Assembly (NCBI GenBank): GCA_051294375.1
Contig: CM119268.1
Coordinates: forward strand, 1-44,403
Direction: 5' to 3'
From: Paraspadella gotoi
Taxonomy: Eukaryota; Animalia; Chaetognatha
Length of the DNA: 44,403 nucleotides
Position numbers and translations under genes: made by a program. Within the stretch, counting starts at the first letter, position 1. Each line of letters begins with the position of its first letter. Below, in pieces: positions 38,044-44,403 of this stretch. The notes under the pieces are model-generated. The model was not told the DNA's origin. It searched no databases and worked only from the letters and a program-made list of their open reading frames with translations.

Positions 38044-38235
38044 AGACAGAGAGACAGACACACAGACAGACAGATAGAAAGACAGATGGATGGACGGACA
38101 TTATTTTTTATGCATAAATTATCATAATTCGATGTTCTGACATGATATAAATGAATGCCCACAAGGTTGAGGGGGCGGATCGACTGACCGACAAAGTGAA
38201 ATATAGAGTCGAGATCTGCTGATAAGCAGATCGCA
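38044..38235 (+). mobile_element. Helentron/DINE-like repeat, second copy
   Basis: (GACA)n...gaccgacaaagtgaaatatagagtcg and hairpin gatctgctgataagcagatc; homologous to 2690-2865. Confidence 0.55.
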
Positions 38236-38386
38236 GATAGAATCGGAACCAAGAATGGAATCGGATCCGCGACTCGGATGAAATCTATCTGACTAAAAAA
38301 TCTATGAATCTATCTATCTGACTAAAAAATTATAAATTATTTTTTTTTATAGTGGTAATAACCTTTCTTTTTCGTTGTTATATGTA

Positions 38387-38564
38387 TTGAGGGAAAATGG
38401 TTTTGGTTCACAACGAATTTTATTTTTCATAGAAAACGTACATGTTTCGGCTTTAAATGCAAGCAAATCATTTGACGCTGAAGAAGGCTTGCATCCAAAG
38501 CCGAAACATGTACGTTTTCTATCAAAAATAAAATTCGTTGTGAACCAAAACCATTTTGCCTCAA
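38387..38564. repeat. 78-bp inverted repeat with 22-nt spacer
   Basis: 38387-38464 is the reverse complement of 38487-38564 with about 4 mismatches. Confidence 0.95.
38474..38516 (+). ncRNA. Minimal type I hammerhead ribozyme (family B), intact core
   Basis: GACG-CTGAAGA-A-GGCTT-gcatcca-AAGCC-GAAA-CAT-GTA^CGTT, with palindromic ACATGT in stem III. Confidence 0.85.
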
Positions 38565-38940
38565 ATTGTTTTTTTAACAGTTGATAAAATTTTTAAATTC
38601 AATTCAGAGGCATGGTCTATTTTCACAATTTCATTGTTTCTGCAAGCTGATTGGTCTTGACCAATCATGATTCGGCGATTCCATATCGGCGGAGATTTCC
38701 CGATCCTCCGATCCGTTTCTACTTTGGGTAGGATTTGTTATCCTGCGATTCTATTTTAAGCAAAATTGTAGAATTTTTAATTCGGTCGTCGATCTTTTTC
38801 CAAATTTTAAATTCAATAAACCGGTTAATTTTTAAGTTACCGGATCCAATATTCAAAACCGCAACAAATGACTAATTCTTTTATCAATGACTGAATAAAG
38901 CTTCGAACGCAGGATATCTTACCAAGTCGGCTCTAGCTTT

Positions 38941-39170
38941 CTTTTCCGAGAGTGCCCCATTTCTGTTATGCTCACTTTTCTGAGACTGCCCCATTTTCGT
39001 TTCGCTCACTTTTCCGAGACTGCCCCATTTCTATTCTGCTCTTTTTTCTGTGAGTGTCCCATTTCTGTTCTGCTTTCTTTTCCGGGATAGCCCCATTTTT
39101 TTCTGGTTTTTTTTCTAAGACTGCCTCATTTCTGTTCTACTTTCTTTTCCGAGATTGCCCCATTTTTGTT
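38941..39170. repeat. Minisatellite, ~33-bp unit
   Basis: About 7 copies of tttccgagactgccccatttctgttctgctcact. Confidence 0.9.
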
Positions 39171-39890
39171 CATTAACTCTAAAATTTAATTTTAAACTTA
39201 ATATTTAACCTAAATATGTTTTTATAAAATTATGAACTTATCCCTAACGCTTATTGGGGCGTTCTGCGAAATTATGGCCATGGCTTTAGGAACTATGTAA
39301 AATCAGTGGTTCTGTATCGGTGCAAGTAAAACAGGTTTTGGAAACTGGTTTTGTAACCTGGTTTTTTGACTAAACGTTTGAGTTTTTAAGGACTTGGGTT
39401 TATATCGGATTTTTATGTGTTAATGAAGCTCATGGAAATTTAAACAAGTTTGAGCAAACAATGTGGGATCTGCCCACTATCATTAGCGGTAATTAATTAA
39501 TTAATACAAACTATATAAACTAAAATAATAATTAAATTAATAAATTAATTAATTTGATCCAAAATTTTTGTTTTTAGGTCTTTTCGTCACTGGCATAAAT
39601 TCTTCATAGAAAAGAAAATAATGGAAAATAAGTTTTATAAAAGGAGAGTTAAGAAAAAGTTAAGAAAAAGTGAAAAAGAAGGTAAAGTAAAAATAAAACT
39701 TTTAAAAAAATATTAAACTAAAAAAAAATGATCCTCGGAAAAATTGTTGGTAATTTTCACAAAAAAAACTTTTTTAAATATATTTAAACTTTTTATTATG
39801 ATTTTTCGTGGCAAAAATCTGACTTCATCAATTTTGACGATAAAAAATTGATGGAAGCCATTTTTTTAGTTTAAGAGAGACAAAGGAACT

Positions 39891-39892
<2 letters not shown>

Positions 39893-39965
<73 letters not shown>

Positions 39966-39981
39966 AAAAGAGAGAGAGAGA
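39893..39981. repeat. (GA)n microsatellite
   Basis: Directly visible. Similar tracts at ~6338, 20941, 21555, 23415, 42808 and 44049. Confidence 0.95.
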
Positions 39982-40451
39982 GGTGTAAAAACATAAGGGG
40001 TGGAAGAGTGAAAGAAGGAGAGACAGAGAGGTTACAGCCAAGAACAATAAAAATAAGAAAAACGGGAGTGAGAGTGAGAAAAAGAGAGAGAAAGAATGAG
40101 AGGGGCAGGGAGAGAGAGAGAAAAGAAAAGAAGAGACGGATAGAGATGGAAAGACAGAGAGGCAGAGGAAAGTCACTGAAAAAGAAAAAAAAATCGTTTT
40201 GCATTTTTTCTCTCATCTTAATCTTACGATACAACCTTGGACCAAAACTATCACAGACCACAACCACGAGAGACCACAAAAATCCTAAACCATAAATATC
40301 ACAAACCATGGGCTATAACCACTTTAAACTACCAGAATAGGTCACAACAACCACAAACCACTACCTTCAACAACCACCTAAAATTGCAACCACCAAATTG
40401 AGACCAGAGTCATTTAATTCACCACAACAAAAACAAAATATTCGCCACCGT

Positions 40452-40912
40452 CAAGTCTTTCCACATTCCTTCTTCCACTTTAAGTCTTTCCACATTCCCT
40501 CTTCCACTTCATGTTTTTCCACATCCCTTCTTCCAATTAAAGTCTTTCCACATTCTTTCTTCCACTTCAAGTCTTTCCACATTCCTTCTTCGATTTAAAG
40601 TCTTTCCACATTCCTTCTTCCACCCCAAGTCTTTTTACATTCCTTCTTCCACATCCATTACACATCCATTCTTCCACCTCAAGTCTTTCCACATTCCTTC
40701 TTCCACTTCAAGTATTTCCACATTCCTTTTTCCACCTCAAGTCTTTCCACATTTTTTCTTCCACTTTAAGTCTTTTCACATTCCTTCTTTCACCTTAAGT
40801 TTTTCCACATTCCTTTTTCCATTTAAAGTCTTTCCACATTCCTTCTTCCACTTTAAGTCTTTCCACATCCCTTCTTCCACCTCAAGTCTTTCCAGTTCCC
40901 ATCTTCCACTCA
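40452..40912. repeat. Minisatellite, 29-bp unit
   Basis: About 15-16 copies of aagtctttccacattccttcttccac(t/c)t(t/c). Confidence 0.95.
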
Positions 40913-41069
40913 TTCCCCTCATCCTCCTCTATTCTTTGTTCCTCCTTCTCCTCTTTTTCTTCTTCCTGCTCCTCTTCTCTCCTCTACTCTTCCTCCACCT
41001 CCTTTGCCTCCTCAGTAGTAAAACAACCGTCTGCTGAACTGAATCTCAGATGACCAGAGGGAAAAACTG

Positions 41070-41835
41070 AAGAGATTAAAAAGGAAAGGAAGATAAAAAA
41101 AAGGAAGATAAAAGAGAAAAGGAAAGGGAGATAAAAATGAAAAGGATATAAAAAAGAAAAGGATAGGGAGATTAAAAAGAAAAGGAAAGGAAGATAAAAA
41201 TGGAAAGGGAGATGAAAAATAAAAGAAAGGGAAGATAAAAAAGATAAAAAATAAAAGAAAAGGGAGAAAAAAAAGGAAAGAGAGAGAAAAAAGAAAAAGA
41301 AAGGGAGATAAAAAAGAAAAGAAAAGGTATATAAAAAGAGATCCAGGGTTGAGTCCAGGGTTTAGGTTTTCATTCACGCTTTTTCTCTCTTTCTCTCTCA
41401 CCATCCTTCTCCGTTCAGCTTCTGTTACTTTTTTTTCACCCCCAATTTAGCAGCTTAGATATATATTCCCCCTTTTCCACAATTTACCTCGTTTTTACTT
41501 ACTATTAGTCCAAGTTAGCATTACCCAACCATAGTTAGAGGGAAGATAAAAAGGAAAAGAAAGGGAGATAAAAAAGAAAAGTAAAGGGAGATAAAAAGGA
41601 AAAGGAAAGGGAGAGAAAAAATAAAAAGAAAGGGAGATAAAAAAGAAAAGTAAAGTGAGAAAAAAAGGAGAGGAAAGGGAAATAAAAAAGAAAAGGAAAG
41701 GGAGAGAAAAAAGAAAAAGAAAAGGAAGATAAAAGAAGAAAGAGGTTGAGAAAAAATGAAAAGATATAAAAAATAAGTAAAAAGATCAATATTTAGAAAG
41801 AAAGAAGAACAAATTAAAACAGAAAAAAAAGAAAG
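41070..41835. repeat. Two blocks of degenerate purine-rich tandem repeat
   Basis: aaagggagataaaaagaaaagg-like units at ~41070-41340 and ~41540-41835. Confidence 0.8.
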
Positions 41836-42806
41836 AATAGTCCTGAACGAGTTTGCCACGTTGACAAAGGTTGTGCCATTTCCAGTTTTGTGAAGATGGT
41901 CAAAGCTATTGAGAAGTTAACTACATTTGACATTGGAACTTTGGTGGTCAGTGAGTTACTGTGGAGCCGAAAAAAGTCAGGAATGCTGAAGAAGTAACCG
42001 AAGAGGGCGGAAACAAGCTTCATGACAAGGGCTTTAAAAAAAGTAATGAAGAAAACTCACATCTTGAGTCACCATGGGGGCTGACAAAGAAAAAAAAAGA
42101 TGCTGACAAAAGCCCCATACTTCAGGTACTGTGGGGGCTGAGAGAGGCCAAAAACTTCAGGCACAGTGGGGGCTGACAAAGGTTTTTAAAAAAGAGGCAC
42201 TATGGGACGAACGGGAATGCTAACGCGACTCTGGAGAAAATTCAAAGCTAATTAATATGGAGACTCACGACATCCGGGAAGAGAAAGAGCGACGCTGAAT
42301 ATCAATCAACATCCGGGTCGGAGGGTAAAAAGTATCGATTAACAACGAAAGCGGGTTACATACGGATATTTTTGATCGTTACCGGATGTCATTGAATTTT
42401 TTTTAAAGGAATGTGGAAAAGATCGCGACTGGATGTGGATGTTCAAGATATGGAAATGTTTAATGTTTACCGGAAGTGATTAAATTTTATGTAAAAGTGA
42501 TATGCGTGGGTTAAATTCAGTGCATGAACTCAGTCGTTTTAAAAGTCCAAAATATAAATGTTTGTTTATTCAAGGCATGTAATTATTAAAAAACAATCAT
42601 AAAACTTTCATTAAAAACAAAATATAGTTCAAAGGCAGAGAAGAGAAAACAGTTTAATGGCCTTCCGTCAATTAATATTAACAAAATTGAAAGAAAAAAA
42701 ACAATGAACTTTGGTTTTAAAACTTATTGAAAAGTTTTTTAGATAATTTTGGTTTTAAATGCAGAGTTTTGCGTCGGTGACATCTCGACGGGGCTTTGCG
42801 TTTAAG

Positions 42807-42840
<34 letters not shown>

Positions 42841-44005
42841 NNNNNNNNNNNNNNNNNNNNNNNNNNNNNNNNNNNNNNNNNNNNNNNNNNNNNNNNNNNN
42901 NNNNNNNNNNNNNNNNNNNNNNNNNNNNNNNNNNNNNNNNNNNNNNNNNNNNNNNNNNNNNNNNNNNNNNNNNNNNNNNNNNNNNNNNNNNNNNNNNNNN
43001 NNNNNNNNNNNNNNNNNNNNNNNNNNNNNNNNNNNNNNNNNNNNNNNNNNNNNNNNNNNNNNNNNNNNNNNNNNNNNNNNNNNNNNNNNNNNNNNNNNNN
43101 NNNNNNNNNNNNNNNNNNNNNNNNNNNNNNNNNNNNNNNNNNNNNNNNNNNNNNNNNNNNNNNNNNNNNNNNNNNNNNNNNNNNNNNNNNNNNNNNNNNN
43201 NNNNNNNNNNNNNNNNNNNNNNNNNNNNNNNNNNNNNNNNNNNNNNNNNNNNNNNNNNNNNNNNNNNNNNNNNNNNNNNNNNNNNNNNNNNNNNNNNNNN
43301 NNNNNNNNNNNNNNNNNNNNNNNNNNNNNNNNCCTCTTCTTTCTCCTCCTCCCCTTCCTCCTCCTCCTACTTCTCCTATTCCTCCTTCTAAAAAGATGGT
43401 TCCGATGCAGTTGACCTTGAGATTTGCTTTCTTTGACCTTGAAACAATTCCGCTTCGCTTTTTCTTTCTTTTTGCACTTTTATTTTTTTTTGGGAGGGAA
43501 GGAAACTTTCTTTTTTGTGATGAAATTGAAATCTAATATTCGTGAAACTCACAAATGATAAAATTATAAATAGTTTGTTGATTTACTCCGAATATAATTT
43601 AAATCGAGATAAATATTTATGATGATTTTAAGTACTAGATTGCTTTGCATATAATTTTGGCCAGAATCTGACTTCGCTAACATAATTATATTGGTTGTAC
43701 CAATTTCATAAGATTTTTGATTGATTTATATAAATGTTATATATACAATATATACGTATAAAACAAATCATATAAGATCTTTTAAGCCTAAAAATCTCTT
43801 TCGTTTTTCAGGTAAAACTTTTTAAATTGGTATAATATATAATATATAATATAATATATAATATATAATATAACCAAATGATAAATCATAAGCTATTTTT
43901 TAGATATGGTTGTTGAAGGCCTTCACTTATTACGGAAATTACTATATCTTTGTTCGTAGAAGAAGTTTGAATTTGTTTACAACAACGATGTTATTGGTAC
44001 ATAGG

Positions 44006-44047
44006 GACGTACATTCTTCGGCTTTAAATTACAAGCCTTCTTCAGTG
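44006..44047 (-). ncRNA. Degenerate hammerhead motif (family B)
   Basis: Minus strand: CA-CTGAAGA-A-GGCTT-gtaattta-AAGCC-GAAG-AATGTACGT. GAAA is changed to GAAG and stem I is lost; abuts (CT)n. Confidence 0.65.
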
Positions 44048-44403
44048 CCTCTCTCTCTCTCTCTCTCTCTCTCAAAAATTTTCACAAATTCAAACGTCTT
44101 CTACTAATTCAAACACAACGAAACCAAAGGAAATTCGCGATGCCTATATCTTTGTTTTAATTTTTATACTAAAATTGATACCAAACCTAATCAATTTACG
44201 AGGTAAAGGATGTGAGATTTGCTAAAGATTTCTTTCAAATGGCACTCTTATATATTTTTTATGTTTATGTTTACTATTTTGTTATTTTATAATATCATTT
44301 TATTTTTTCAGGCTCCGCGTTGATGATATTATTTGTTTTATAAATTTATTATTTTATATTACTATGTTACTATCAAGAAAATAACTTTTATTGAGATATT
44401 TCA

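Noticed and set aside
40452-40912. CRISPR-like 29-bp repeats
   Set aside because: Head-to-tail units with no unique spacers.
39866-41859. F/L/S-rich membrane-like ORFs
   Set aside because: Translations of microsatellite and purine-rich repeats.
41840-42480. Possible LINE ORF1/esterase-like fragment
   Set aside because: Coding-like composition, but no motif I can support.

Overview
AT-rich, (GA)n-rich eukaryotic (probably invertebrate) draft-assembly sequence, dominated by decayed transposable elements and scaffold gaps. No host gene can be confidently named. About 7277-20700 is one giant imperfect palindrome: two inverted, indel-riddled copies of the same Ty3/gypsy-type LTR retrotransposon plus its host flank. 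A noisy PacBio SMRTbell-adapter-like sequence sits at the fold point (~13033-13086) and a 25-N gap at the outer end, so it is most likely an unsplit long-read artefact rather than biology. Supported biology: (1) five hammerhead-ribozyme motifs in two families, two with intact cores; (2) a frameshifted Penelope-like RT-thumb/GIY-YIG fragment (~21935-23055, minus); (3) a CsRn1/Kabuki-like gypsy 3' half with RNase H, integrase, PPT and LTR (34543-37034); (4) two degraded LINE RT remnants, one apparently carrying an internal inversion; (5) Helentron/DINE-like non-autonomous repeats; (6) several minisatellites. I found no convincing new biological system; the ribozyme-bearing repeats are the best lead. 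All alignments were done by eye.
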